DNA of 64,000 nt from an uncultured Acidobacteriota bacterium (lineage in GTDB: Bacteria > Acidobacteriota > Terriglobia > Bryobacterales > UBA6623): the NCBI GenBank assembly GCA_963805925.1, contig CAWDWB010000007.1:485261-549260 (forward strand), given 5' to 3'. Shown here one piece after another: positions 40,555 to 50,733 of the stretch. Numbering within the stretch: the stretch's first letter is position 1; each line of letters opens with the position of its first letter. The translations under genes were made by a program, and so were the position numbers. The notes under the pieces were generated by a model, which saw only the letters and a list, made by a program, of their open reading frames with translations, was not told where the DNA came from and did not search any database.

Positions 40555-43191
40555 ATGCGAGGGGTTCGTACATTCTTATTGGTCTTGAGCCTGGCGGGGT
40601 CACTTGCCGGGCAGACGGGTGTTCCTGCGGCGCCGACGGGGCTGGAGGCGTCGGACGGCGCCTACGCGAATAAGGTCGGCATATCGTGGGACCACGTACG
40701 CGACGCGGTTCTCTATGAAGTCCTGCGGAGCGAGACGAGCAGCTCAGCGCAGGCCGTGACCGTCGGTACGACGGCATCGATTGTTTTCTATGACAGAACG
40801 GCGGTTGCCGGCGAGACCTACACCTATTGGGTGCGGGGCGTCGGTGAAAACGGATCGAGCGGACTGAGCGCACCGGACCAAGGAACGCGAGCCGTCGGAT
40901 TGGAAGACTTCACCAATCGGCTCTTGGCGCCGCTGGAGCCGCCGCCGATTCCCGCAGGCAATCCACAGACCGGAGCCAAGATCTATCTGGGCAAAGCGCT
41001 CTTTTGGGAAGAGCAACTCTCGGCGACGCGAACCGTTGCTTGCGGCACTTGCCACCGTCCGCGCTTTGGCAGTTCGGATCCGCGTTCGGCCAATACGCCT
41101 GAGCTTGCCGCACATCCGGGAGCCGACGGAATTTTCGGTAACGCGGACGATGTCGTCGGCTCGCCGGGTGTTCCGCTGAATTCGGTTGACGGCAAGTACA
41201 GCTGGTCGCCGAGCTTTGGCATACGCCAGCAAGTGACGCGTCGTAAGGCGCAACCCGCGTTCGAGGCTGCGTACCCGGAAATCCTCTTCTGGGACGGACG
41301 CGCCGAGGAGACTCTGATCGATCCCGTCAGCGACGAAGTGGTGATGTCGGGCGGCGCGGCGCTGGAGAACCAGGCGTTGCATCCGCTGATGGACACGACG
41401 GAGATGAGCGCGGTGGGGCGCTCGTGGCCGAACATCTTCGCGCGGATTGCGGCTTCGAAGCCGCTGGGTTTGGCGCCTGCCGTTCCCAACGCGCTAAAGA
41501 CCTGGATTGGTGATCGGGGATACCCCGAGCTGTTTGCGGAGGCTTTCGGGACGCCGGAGATCACGGCGCCGCGGATTGCCATGGCGATTGGGGCCTATGA
41601 GCGGACGCTGAATTCGGACCGTACGCCCTTCAATCAGGCGATCGCCCAGATTCGAACGATGGGTCCGGCGGAGTTACGCGGGCAGAAGGAGTTTGTCGAC
41701 GGGAACTGCCGTCTTTGCCACCAGGGCGGGCTGACGAGCGACCATCGCTTCCGCAATATCGCGCTTCGGCCGAAGGGCGGCGATGAGGGGCGTTTCGCCA
41801 TTACCGGAGATCCGTTTGATCTGGTGGCATTCAAGACGCCGGATCTATTGAATGTGGCGTTTCGCGGACCGTTCATGCACAACGGACGTTTCCAGACTCT
41901 GGAAGACGTCGTGGAATTCTACAACCGGGGCGGCGACTTCCCGGCCGGCAATGTGGAAGTACTGATTCAGCCGCTGGGGATGACTGCTGGCAATAAGGCG
42001 GACCTGATCGCGTTTCTGACGAATGAGCTGACCGATCCGCGGGTGCCGGCCGAAGCAGGGCCGATTTTTGACCGGCCGATGCTCTACACCGAATCGGCGC
42101 GCATACCGGCGCTGACAGGTACGGCAACGCTCGGGACGGGAGCCAAGCCTCCGAAGATGATGGCGATTGAGCCGCCGTTCGCCGGCAATCCCAATTTCAC
42201 GGTGGGGTTGTACGATGCGCGGCCTGGGGCGCAGGCCTTCCTGGTGATCGACGATCAGACGCCGGGGTCGTCGTTGTCTCAGGCGATGGCCAACGCAAGA
42301 CAGGTCGTCGAAGTGAAAGTGGCGCAGCAAGGTTATGCGTCGGCCGTCTTGGCGTTGCCGAATGAGGCGGGGTTGACGCTGTATGGCCGCTGGTATGTGT
42401 CCGATCAGAATGCAGCGGGCGGCACGGCGCTGACCGAGACATTTCGCGCGCAATTATTCGGCGACGGGCAGGTCGAGGCAGGCGCAGCGGCGAGCGTCTC
42501 GGCGGCGAGCTTTGCTCAGGGATTAGTCGCTCCAGAGTCACTTGTGAGTACGTTCGGCGATGCACTGGCGGGGTTTGAGGCGTACGCTTCGTTGCCGCTG
42601 CCGACCGTATTGGGCGGGACCAGCGTCGTGATTCAAGACAGCACGGGCGCGGAGCGTCTAGCGCGATTGCTCTACGCGGGGCCGAAACAGATCAACTATG
42701 AGGTCCCGGCGGGAGTCGCGCCGGGCGAGGCTAAGTTGACGGTTTTGCGCGGAGGCATTGCCATTGCTCAGGGAACGCTGCAGATTGCCGAGGTCGCTCC
42801 GTCGTTGTTCGCGGCGAACTCGAACGGTACGGGACCGGCGGCGGCGTTCGCCGTGCGCGCAGGACTGGGCTGGGTGGGAACCTCGGAGCCGGTCGCGTTA
42901 TACGACGCTGAGGCAGGTGAGTACGTTCTCAATCCGATTGATCTCGGGCCAGAGGAGGGGGAGGTTTACCTGACCCTCTACGGCACGGGAATCCGGGCTG
43001 GAAATGTCGTGGAGGTAACCCTCGGCGGCGTTCCGGTCGAGGTCACCTACAGCGGCGCGCATGGAAGCTTCGTTGGGCTGGACCAGGTGAACGTGAAGCT
43101 GCCCCGCAGCCTCGCAGGCAGGGGCGAAGTCGCCGTAAGGCTGAAGGTGAACGGCGTTGCCGCCAACATCGTCCGCGTGAGTTTCGAATAG
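40555..43191 (+). CDS. Di-heme cytochrome c peroxidase/MauG superfamily protein with N-terminal Fn3-like and C-terminal TIGR03437-like domain
   Basis: CGTCH and CRLCH heme motifs, FWDGRA, FKTPDL.NV...PFMHNG; C-terminal VSAASF..APESLVS.FG, LYAGPKQIN, GLDQVNV. Confidence 0.85.
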   Translation: MRGVRTFLLVLSLAGSLAGQTGVPAAPTGLEASDGAYANKVGISWDHVRDAVLYEVLRSETSSSAQAVTVGTTASIVFYDRTAVAGETYTYWVRGVGENGSSGLSAPDQGTRAVGLEDFTNRLLAPLEPPPIPAGNPQTGAKIYLGKALFWEEQLSATRTVACGTCHRPRFGSSDPRSANTPELAAHPGADGIFGNADDVVGSPGVPLNSVDGKYSWSPSFGIRQQVTRRKAQPAFEAAYPEILFWDGRAEETLIDPVSDEVVMSGGAALENQALHPLMDTTEMSAVGRSWPNIFARIAASKPLGLAPAVPNALKTWIGDRGYPELFAEAFGTPEITAPRIAMAIGAYERTLNSDRTPFNQAIAQIRTMGPAELRGQKEFVDGNCRLCHQGGLTSDHRFRNIALRPKGGDEGRFAITGDPFDLVAFKTPDLLNVAFRGPFMHNGRFQTLEDVVEFYNRGGDFPAGNVEVLIQPLGMTAGNKADLIAFLTNELTDPRVPAEAGPIFDRPMLYTESARIPALTGTATLGTGAKPPKMMAIEPPFAGNPNFTVGLYDARPGAQAFLVIDDQTPGSSLSQAMANARQVVEVKVAQQGYASAVLALPNEAGLTLYGRWYVSDQNAAGGTALTETFRAQLFGDGQVEAGAAASVSAASFAQGLVAPESLVSTFGDALAGFEAYASLPLPTVLGGTSVVIQDSTGAERLARLLYAGPKQINYEVPAGVAPGEAKLTVLRGGIAIAQGTLQIAEVAPSLFAANSNGTGPAAAFAVRAGLGWVGTSEPVALYDAEAGEYVLNPIDLGPEEGEVYLTLYGTGIRAGNVVEVTLGGVPVEVTYSGAHGSFVGLDQVNVKLPRSLAGRGEVAVRLKVNGVAANIVRVSFE

Positions 43192-43193
43192 CC

Positions 43194-43736
43194 GTGAAGT
43201 ATGCTGCCTTGCTGCGGGGTATCAACGTCGGCGGCAAGAACAAGTTGCCGATGAAGGAACTTACCGAATTGTTCGCGGCGGCCGGTTGCAAGAAGGTTGA
43301 GACCTACATTCAGAGCGGCAACCTTGTTTTCGAAGCGCCTGGCGTTCTGGCGAAACGATTGCCGGAGCGCATCAGTGAGGCAATCGCTGATCGATACGGG
43401 TATCAGGTTCCAGTCATCATTAGGAGTGCGGCGGAGCTTGGCGCTTCGGCGGCGGGAAATCCCTACCTACGAAAGAGGGTGCCAACGAAGGAATTGCACC
43501 TCTACTTCCTCGCGGACAAGCCGAGTCTTGGGGCGGTAGAAGCTCTCGATCCTGACCGATCACCGCCGGATGAATACGTCGTCGTTGGTCACGACATCTA
43601 TGTGAGAGCTCCAAACGGGGTGGGCCGCTCGAAGCTGACGAACGTCTACTTCGAGTCGAAGCTGAAGACGATTTGTACCGCCAGAAACTGGGCAACCGTG
43701 TTGCGGCTAGCAGCGATGACCGGTGCTAGCCGATAG
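43194..43736 (+). CDS. DUF1697 family protein
   Basis: YAALLRGINVGGKNKLPM, TYIQSGN, TARNWAT. Confidence 0.9.
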   Translation: MKYAALLRGINVGGKNKLPMKELTELFAAAGCKKVETYIQSGNLVFEAPGVLAKRLPERISEAIADRYGYQVPVIIRSAAELGASAAGNPYLRKRVPTKELHLYFLADKPSLGAVEALDPDRSPPDEYVVVGHDIYVRAPNGVGRSKLTNVYFESKLKTICTARNWATVLRLAAMTGASR

Positions 43737-44379
43737 CCGTTCGGTGGCGATCGACCCAATAACCCGCAGCTACGAGCAGCCACTGGGCGTGGCCGGCCCA
43801 GGCGATGGCTTGGACGCTGGGCGGAGGCGGGCCGAATAGATTGCCGAGGTGGACGGCGACAAGAAACGCCGCGAGCGACCAGAGCCCGATGGTTCCCTTG
43901 CGGTCAATGGCCCGCGTCGTGCGCAGGTAGACGGCTAACCCGACTGCGAAGATTGCGAATTCCAAGAGCACACTCGCGGGCAAGGAGTTCCACAGGCCGA
44001 GTCCGAACACCGGGCTGTCGCCAGGGTAAAGCGGCAGGTCGGGGCGGTGCATCAGCCAGTCCAGGAACCAGTGGCTGACGACGGCGAGGCCGCAGACGAC
44101 CGCCCCGATGCGTGATTTCTTGATCGCCCAGTAGACGCCGCCGAAGAGCAGTCCCCAGACCGCCATCATGAGCAGGCTGTGGGAGATGGGGTAGTCGACG
44201 AAATCGAGGGGCGTAACGGTGGTGATGCCGGGAGCGATCTCGACATGTTCAACCCCGAGGAGCAGGAATGTCGGCCAAAGCAAGTCGACGAATTCAACGG
44301 CCATGAACAGCGTGCCGAGGGAGACGGTGGGCGCAGCGCGTTTGAGACCAAATCCGAGGCCGAAGTGTCCGATGAACAT
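43726..44379 (-). CDS. Membrane-bound metal-dependent hydrolase-like protein
   Basis: MFIGHF, DLLWP, SHSL, SHWFLDWLMH. Confidence 0.75.
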   Translation of the reverse strand: MFIGHFGLGFGLKRAAPTVSLGTLFMAVEFVDLLWPTFLLLGVEHVEIAPGITTVTPLDFVDYPISHSLLMMAVWGLLFGGVYWAIKKSRIGAVVCGLAVVSHWFLDWLMHRPDLPLYPGDSPVFGLGLWNSLPASVLLEFAIFAVGLAVYLRTTRAIDRKGTIGLWSLAAFLVAVHLGNLFGPPPPSVQAIAWAGHAQWLLVAAGYWVDRHRTAIG

Positions 44380-44456
44380 CGCTCGTAAGGGCTTATGTTA
44401 GCGCAGCGCACTTGCGGGACAAGCTGGCGCCCGACTTGCATGTTGGCCTGACAACA

Positions 44457-45269
44457 ATGAGATTATTGCTGTCGGGATTGGTGTTTATTGGGGCCGGCGC
44501 GGCTGCTCACGTTTGGCGGTCCTCGCGATTCGAGCAAAGCATCGGCGAGGCTGCGGGGGAACTTGCGGGGATCGTACCGCAGGATGCGGGAGCTCGAAGG
44601 GACTTGCCGCCTGAGATGGAAGCGTTTGCGCGCAGAGGAACCGCATCCGCCCAACCGGGAACGGTTGTGATGAGACAAGTCGGTCGGATGCGCTTAGCCC
44701 CGGATAAAGCATGGTCGGCGCTGACGGCCGAGCATACGGTCTCAACCATCGTTCCGGGTTTTGTTTGGCAGGCCCGCGTGGAAATGGCTCCTTTCGTAAC
44801 GGCGGTCGTTGTCGATAGTTACGTAGACGGCGCAGGACGGCTTGAGGCGAGGTTGTTTGGGTCAATTGCCGTGGCGTTCGCGAAAGGGCCTGAGATAGAC
44901 CGTGCGGAGTTGATGCGCTACCTGGGGGAGTTGGCTTTTGCGCCGGAAGCGATCCTGTACAACCGGGCTCTGAATTGGCGGCGTCTTAGCGCCACCGAGT
45001 TCGAAGTCTCGGCGGAGTCCTCGGGGGGCTTGGCGGCGGTGGTGCGCCTCAAGCTGAATGATGAGGGCGATATCACCCAGGTGGATGCCGACGATCGGCC
45101 GATGGGGACGGGCAGGGCATCGGTTCCCATGCCCTGGCGCGCGAGGGTCTGGAACTACGCCGATGTAAGGGGATTTCGCATTCCGCGGATGGCGGAGGTC
45201 AGCTGGTTGCTGCCGGAAGGCGACTTCATCTACTGGCGCGGCGAAATCACGGCAGCGCAGCGGAAATGA
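44457..45269 (+). CDS. DUF6544-like protein
   Basis: N-terminal TM; PGFVWQA, ELMRYLGEL, RIP..AEVSW. Confidence 0.6.
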   Translation: MRLLLSGLVFIGAGAAAHVWRSSRFEQSIGEAAGELAGIVPQDAGARRDLPPEMEAFARRGTASAQPGTVVMRQVGRMRLAPDKAWSALTAEHTVSTIVPGFVWQARVEMAPFVTAVVVDSYVDGAGRLEARLFGSIAVAFAKGPEIDRAELMRYLGELAFAPEAILYNRALNWRRLSATEFEVSAESSGGLAAVVRLKLNDEGDITQVDADDRPMGTGRASVPMPWRARVWNYADVRGFRIPRMAEVSWLLPEGDFIYWRGEITAAQRK

Positions 45270-45271
45270 AA

Positions 45272-45298
45272 GGAGAGGGCGCATCAATCGCCCTCTCC
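45272..45298. terminator. Hairpin between convergent genes (possible bidirectional terminator)
   Basis: GGAGAGGGCG-N7-CGCCCTCTCC. Confidence 0.5.
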
Positions 45299-45324
45299 CG
45301 GCTGTCTCTCGGTGTTGAGTCGAG

Positions 45325-47055
45325 CTACTTCACCTCGAACTCGACCTTGCCCAAGGCACCGTAATCGGCGACGTACTTTCCGGGCTCGGCCGGCATGGCG
45401 CCGCCGAGCGAGCCGGAGATGATCAGGTCGCCTTCGCGGATCACGTGGCCTTGATCGAGGATCTGGTTAATCAGCGTCATCAAGTTTTGCCATTGACCGT
45501 TCTTCGTGGCGGCGCCCGTGGTGGTGTGGATCACCTGACCGTTACGGCTCATCGTCACTTGCAACTCGTCGAGCTTGTAGTCGTCCGGGTGGAAGCGCGA
45601 GCCGACGATGATGTTGGCCTTGTTGCCGCAGTTGGCGGCAACGAAGTCGGCCGCCGAGTATTTGCCCTTGACGTGAGCGGCGAATTGGATCGGTGCGTCG
45701 ATGGCAGGTACAACGGCTTGCGAAGCCAACCGCGCTTCTTCCGGGTCGGCGATTTTCGTGGGGATGTCGACGCCCATGATGTAGCCGAGTTCGGTCTCAA
45801 GAACGCTGGCGCCCATGTCGCTGAGATTGATCGTAGGATGGTCAGCGCCCTGTACGATCATCGGTTTGTACATCGTGCAATGCAGCGGGCCGTTGAGTTT
45901 GTATTGCTTCTGGGCGGAAGCAGTGGAGTAGACGCCCTTGTAGCCGCCGACTGCTTGCTTACTGTCGGCGACGATACGCTTTTGGGCCGCGAAGGCCTCA
46001 TTGATGCTCGTCTTGGAGTTCAGGCCGGAGATGAGCGGCATGGTCGAGTTGGAGCTGACCGCCTTCGAAAATACGCCGGGATAGGCGCGTACGGCGGGCG
46101 GATCAAGGAACCCAAGCGATTTCATCCAGGTGAGCGCCAAATTGGGCCACTGCGTCAAGGGCAAGCCGCCGCCGCGGACGCCAAAGCCGTGCGCGCCGTC
46201 TTGGAAGATGTGCAGTTCCGCGGGTACGTTCTTCTTCTTGAGTTCCAACGTCATCATGATGCTGTTGAGAGAAGCGTCGGGGAAGGCGTGCGCGAAGAAC
46301 ATGGGAGGCGTCTTGTCGTCGATCGCTGCTGCGATGTCTTCGCGCATGGTGACCGGCGTACCGCGGAAGCCGCCGCTAGCGAGACCGCCGGGATAGATGT
46401 TGATCATGTAGGTAGGACGTGTGGGCTGATCGTCGGCCGCATCGACTTTGGGGTAGGCCTTCTCATCGAACAGAGAAAGACGCGTGCCGATCTCGCCGCC
46501 GGCGGAGAAGCCGATGGCGCCGAGATCGTTGGGGTCGATGTTCCACTCCGAGGCCCGCGAGCGGATGATGCCCATGGCGCGCTGTGCGTCTTGGAGGCCT
46601 TTCTTCCACCTTGTTTCGCGGCCTTCTCCCGGCACGCGGTACTTGAGCATGAACGCGGCGACGCCGTGGTCGGCGAACCACTTAGCTACTTCGTAGCCTT
46701 CGTGCTCGATGGCCAGGCGAACCAAGCCTCCGCCGGGAATCACCAGGATCGCGGCGCCGGTCGCCTTCGCCTTGTCTGGTAGATACACTTCCAGGGTAGG
46801 CACGCTGACGTTAGCGATCTGGTAGAACGGGCGGCGGCGCTCGACGAGCATGTACTCGTCGCCGCGATCACCGGCCTCGTCCGGAGCCGCGCCGGGCCAA
46901 ATGTTGAACGTTTCGCTCGGAGCAAAGGGCGGAGGGGGTACAGGAGCCTTGGGCTCCGGACGCTCCTGCGACAACGCGGCGCCGGCGGCGAGGGTGAATA
47001 GCAAGGTGAATAGCAGCGAACGGCAAGCGGTCCGGCGTCGTCGTGAAATATTCAT
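45325..47055 (-). CDS. Secreted alpha/beta hydrolase fused to an MhpD/FAA-hydrolase-like domain
   Basis: PGGG, GFSAGG, GAHGFG; C-terminal GGYKG, ETELGY, GDLIISGSLG. Confidence 0.75.
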   Translation of the reverse strand: MNISRRRRTACRSLLFTLLFTLAAGAALSQERPEPKAPVPPPPFAPSETFNIWPGAAPDEAGDRGDEYMLVERRRPFYQIANVSVPTLEVYLPDKAKATGAAILVIPGGGLVRLAIEHEGYEVAKWFADHGVAAFMLKYRVPGEGRETRWKKGLQDAQRAMGIIRSRASEWNIDPNDLGAIGFSAGGEIGTRLSLFDEKAYPKVDAADDQPTRPTYMINIYPGGLASGGFRGTPVTMREDIAAAIDDKTPPMFFAHAFPDASLNSIMMTLELKKKNVPAELHIFQDGAHGFGVRGGGLPLTQWPNLALTWMKSLGFLDPPAVRAYPGVFSKAVSSNSTMPLISGLNSKTSINEAFAAQKRIVADSKQAVGGYKGVYSTASAQKQYKLNGPLHCTMYKPMIVQGADHPTINLSDMGASVLETELGYIMGVDIPTKIADPEEARLASQAVVPAIDAPIQFAAHVKGKYSAADFVAANCGNKANIIVGSRFHPDDYKLDELQVTMSRNGQVIHTTTGAATKNGQWQNLMTLINQILDQGHVIREGDLIISGSLGGAMPAEPGKYVADYGALGKVEFEVK

Positions 47056-47214
47056 TGCGAGAAGAATTCCTCCTGAAAACAGGCAGACTCAACAGTCTAC
47101 CCTCTGCCTCAGGCGAGTGTCATCGATCGGCGGTTACCTATCGCCCGTCGCTTCAGGCCGTCGCGATTGCGATAATGGCCTCGTTCCGATCGTCAAACTG
47201 AGGTAGGCGCCGTC

Positions 47215-47865
47215 ATGAAGTCGTTCTTAGTCAGATGTGTCTTTGTTTTCCTATCTACCTGCCTGTACTCGGGGGCGCAGGAGCCCGGTTTCACGCCCTT
47301 GTTCAACGGCAAGAACCTACAGGGTTGGTTACTGGTCCACACCGCGAACTCGGGGAGGGGATACCTGGTTGAGGACGGCAAGATCGTCTGCCCGCGCGAC
47401 GGCGGCGGCAATCTGCTGACGATGGGAGAGTACGCGAACTTCGTCTTGCGCTTCGAGTTCAAGACGGAGCCGGGCGGCAACAGCGGCGTGGGCATCCGCG
47501 CGCCGCTCGAAGGGGATATCGCCTACACCGGCATGGAGATTCAGATCCTGGACCACAACGATCCGCGTTATGCCGGGCAGCTACAACCTTGGCAGCGGCA
47601 TGGTTCTGTCTATAACATTCACCCTGCTGAAGGTGATGCGCTGAAGCCGGCGGGCGAATGGAACGAGGAAGAGATCAGAGCTGACGGCGATCAGATCACG
47701 GTGACGCTGAACGGCCAAGTAATTACAAATGCAGACCTTAGCGAGGTCACTGACCCTGAGGTCCTGGCCAAGCATCCAGGTGTACGGCGAAAGACGGGGC
47801 GCATCGGATTTCTTGGTCACGGGTCCTTGGTCGAATTCCGCAATATTCGAATTCGAGAACTCTAG
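47215..47865 (+). CDS. DUF1080 (3-keto-disaccharide hydrolase-like) protein
   Basis: [38 protein letters not shown]. Confidence 0.9.
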   Translation: MKSFLVRCVFVFLSTCLYSGAQEPGFTPLFNGKNLQGWLLVHTANSGRGYLVEDGKIVCPRDGGGNLLTMGEYANFVLRFEFKTEPGGNSGVGIRAPLEGDIAYTGMEIQILDHNDPRYAGQLQPWQRHGSVYNIHPAEGDALKPAGEWNEEEIRADGDQITVTLNGQVITNADLSEVTDPEVLAKHPGVRRKTGRIGFLGHGSLVEFRNIRIREL

Positions 47866-48004
47866 GCCTGGCAAGAGTTCGATGTCGCACACCCGCTGCC
47901 CATAGGCTGGTGCTAGAGTGATGCTGATATGGCCAGCTCTTCGAGGGCTAGCCCCAGGCGAATCGCAAAATTCGGTGGTAACAGGCAACGCCGCGTCTGG
48001 CGAA

Positions 48005-50269
48005 ATGACGCCCTTGGAATTCGACACTACTGCCCGGCCAGGGCCGCGCCCGCCCCACAAGGTCCGTTTTGGTCCTTATGAAGCGGATTTGTCGTCCGGC
48101 GAGCTTCGCAAGGGCGGCGCCAAGCTTAAGATTCAACCCCAACCTTTCAACCTTCTCAGCTATCTGCTGCGCCGACATGGCGAAGCGGTAAGCAGGCAAG
48201 AGTTGCAACAAGCGTTATGGCCTAACGATACTTACGTTGAATTCAACGCCTCGCTGAACGCGGCAATCAAAAAGCTGCGGCGGGTAATCTTGGATGACCC
48301 CCGCAATCCCCGATATATAGAGACTCTTCCCCGGACCGGGTACCGATTTTCTTATCCGATCGAATGGATCGAGGTTCCGGCTCAGGTTCCCGATCGCCAC
48401 ATCGGGCGTTATGGCGAGGCTCAGGGTGATTCGGAACGAATTCCTCAGTTCCAGAAAAACCGAGACTCAATCGTAGAAAGTCGAACAGCGACAGCGCCGC
48501 GATCCAAAGGCCGGCAACTTGTGATTGCGTGGCTGGTCGCCCTCTCACTCGGAGTTGCCCTGCTGGCTACGGCCTACCTCTATCTGACGACGCCGTCGCC
48601 TCACCGGCTCGTCCGGCGCTATGCGTTCTCGCCGGGCGTCTCCTCCAGGAGAGGCGGCGTGATCTCGCCCGACAGTCGGCATGTGCTCTATCCCGTCGAA
48701 ACGGACGGCCGCCGGAGATTAATGCTGCGTTCACTCGCAGTGGAAGAGGCGCGCGAGTTGCTGGGGACGGCTGGAGCCGTCGGCGGGTTTTGGTCGCCGG
48801 ACAGCCAGTCGGTGGGATTCGCTACGGATCACGCCCTGCGGGTGGTCTCTTTGGCTGGCCCGGAAGCGGTGACTTTGTGCGAGCTGCCGGACGCCGACGT
48901 TCCCTTTGGAGGCGGTTCCTGGAGTCCCGACGGTCAGCGAATCGTATTCTCCTCCGGGGCGCTGCTGTACGAAGTTGCCGCCAAAGGAGGCGAGCCCAAG
49001 CTGTTGTTTGAGCGCGGCGATTCTGTCCGACCGAATTTCTACGACCCCTACTTCTTGCCGTCCCGCACCGGGCAGTCGCTGGTCTACACAGCGGCTGTTA
49101 GCCCTTTTGACCAGGTATTGGCGGTCATGGATTTGACAACTGGGGAACGGCGGACGTTGGGGCCCGGATCCGCTCCGGTATACTCGCCGGATGGTCACCT
49201 CGTGTACGGACCAGCTAATCGCGATGACAAGGGGCTGATGGCCATCCCGTTTTCGCTCGCCACGCTGACTCCAACCGGTCCTGCGTTCGCTGTTGACGAA
49301 AGCGGCGTGATGCCGAGCATTTCGGGTGAAGGCACGCTGATTTACTTGGAGCGCCCCAGCGCTCTGGAGCAGATGGTTTGGCGCGACCGGCAGGGGAACG
49401 TGCTGGAAACGATCGGACGACCGCAGGTCGGTTTTCGACAGCCGGCCCACTCCCGAACGTCCCAGCTCATCGCCGTTACGTCGCGGGAGACGGGGAATTC
49501 GGATATCTGGATAGTCGGAACGGAAGGCGCCCGGACGATCCAACTGACGTCTGATCCGGGGATTGACGACGGCGCTGCCTGGTCGCCGGACGGGACGAGA
49601 ATCGCCTTCTCCAGGCAAGGCGGTTCCGGCGAGGGAGGAAGCATCCTCACCAAGGCTGTGAGCGGGGGCGGAGACGCTGTAAGGGTCGTTGGAGCCAGCG
49701 GCCGGATCGCCAACCCTGATTGGTCCCTCGACGGGCGCTACCTGGTTTACTCCGACTACAGCGGCGGACCGCGCAGCGATATCCGCTACCTGGAGTTCGA
49801 CAACGGCGTTCCTTCGGAACCGCGGACATTTCTGGGCTCCAACGCCAACGAATACTCCCCGAAATTCTTCCCTTCAGTCGGCCGTTTCTTGAGTTACGTG
49901 TCTAATCAGACAGGGCGGGACGAAGTCTACATTGCTCGGTTCCCGGAAGCCACCGACGTTCAAAAGGTATCGCTCAATGGCGGCCGGCGGGCAAGATGGC
50001 GGAGCGATGGCGCCGAGCTCTACTACGTGGAAGGGTCCACCCTCGTGGCCGTGCCTGTCTCCGTTACCGGGCAAGAACTGGAATTGGGACGGCCTGAGCG
50101 GCTCTTCGAATCTGCTGATTTGAAGGCGGCCGGATACGCTCCATCCGCCGATGGCCGACGATTCGTTACTGTCTCGCCGGCGGCAGCGTCGCCGGAGCGC
50201 GCGACCACGGCTACCCTCCACGTCGTAGAGGCCTGGTACGAAGAGTTCCGCGGTAAAAAGAGCCGCTAA
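48005..50269 (+). CDS. CadC/ToxR-like winged-helix regulator with TM helix and TolB/PD40 beta-propellers
   Basis: RFGPYEADL, KIQPQPF, LNAAIKKLR, YIETLPRTGYRF; TM; repeated WSPDG motifs; start uncertain (47918 or 48005). Confidence 0.85.
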   Translation: MTPLEFDTTARPGPRPPHKVRFGPYEADLSSGELRKGGAKLKIQPQPFNLLSYLLRRHGEAVSRQELQQALWPNDTYVEFNASLNAAIKKLRRVILDDPRNPRYIETLPRTGYRFSYPIEWIEVPAQVPDRHIGRYGEAQGDSERIPQFQKNRDSIVESRTATAPRSKGRQLVIAWLVALSLGVALLATAYLYLTTPSPHRLVRRYAFSPGVSSRRGGVISPDSRHVLYPVETDGRRRLMLRSLAVEEARELLGTAGAVGGFWSPDSQSVGFATDHALRVVSLAGPEAVTLCELPDADVPFGGGSWSPDGQRIVFSSGALLYEVAAKGGEPKLLFERGDSVRPNFYDPYFLPSRTGQSLVYTAAVSPFDQVLAVMDLTTGERRTLGPGSAPVYSPDGHLVYGPANRDDKGLMAIPFSLATLTPTGPAFAVDESGVMPSISGEGTLIYLERPSALEQMVWRDRQGNVLETIGRPQVGFRQPAHSRTSQLIAVTSRETGNSDIWIVGTEGARTIQLTSDPGIDDGAAWSPDGTRIAFSRQGGSGEGGSILTKAVSGGGDAVRVVGASGRIANPDWSLDGRYLVYSDYSGGPRSDIRYLEFDNGVPSEPRTFLGSNANEYSPKFFPSVGRFLSYVSNQTGRDEVYIARFPEATDVQKVSLNGGRRARWRSDGAELYYVEGSTLVAVPVSVTGQELELGRPERLFESADLKAAGYAPSADGRRFVTVSPAAASPERATTATLHVVEAWYEEFRGKKSR

Positions 50270-50733
50270 CCGCTCTGATGCCGGCTTGCGGGACAGGCAG
50301 CTTTGCAAGCCGCGGCCCGATCAAGACGCCGCGATTACCCCCTTACGCCTGGAGCCGCAGGCAGGTTCTATGCACCGATGTAAACAAGATGGCGGCTGTC
50401 TTGCCATAGTCGGTCTGTTCTCCTTGTAACGGCATTACTTACTAGAACTTACGAGGTCTATCGCGGAACCGTTTTTCGTCACCAACGGATCACTAGCTGG
50501 GCCCCTGGGGTCCCCGTATACTCACGCTGTGAAAGCGCGGGCTTTCGCGTGAGGACCCTGGGGAACCGGGTCTTCAGGGTTGGTCAGCCGCTCGGAGGCG
50601 ACTGAGGGCAAGATCCTCAGGTTCGCGGGGTCGAGTGGCTGGTCTTTGGGGGCGGGGTAGATTCTCAGCGCGGAAAAGTTTCTGGGCCGGAGTTCACCCT
50701 TGTCTAAGAGGTGAGTGAGGTAGGAGATAAAGA

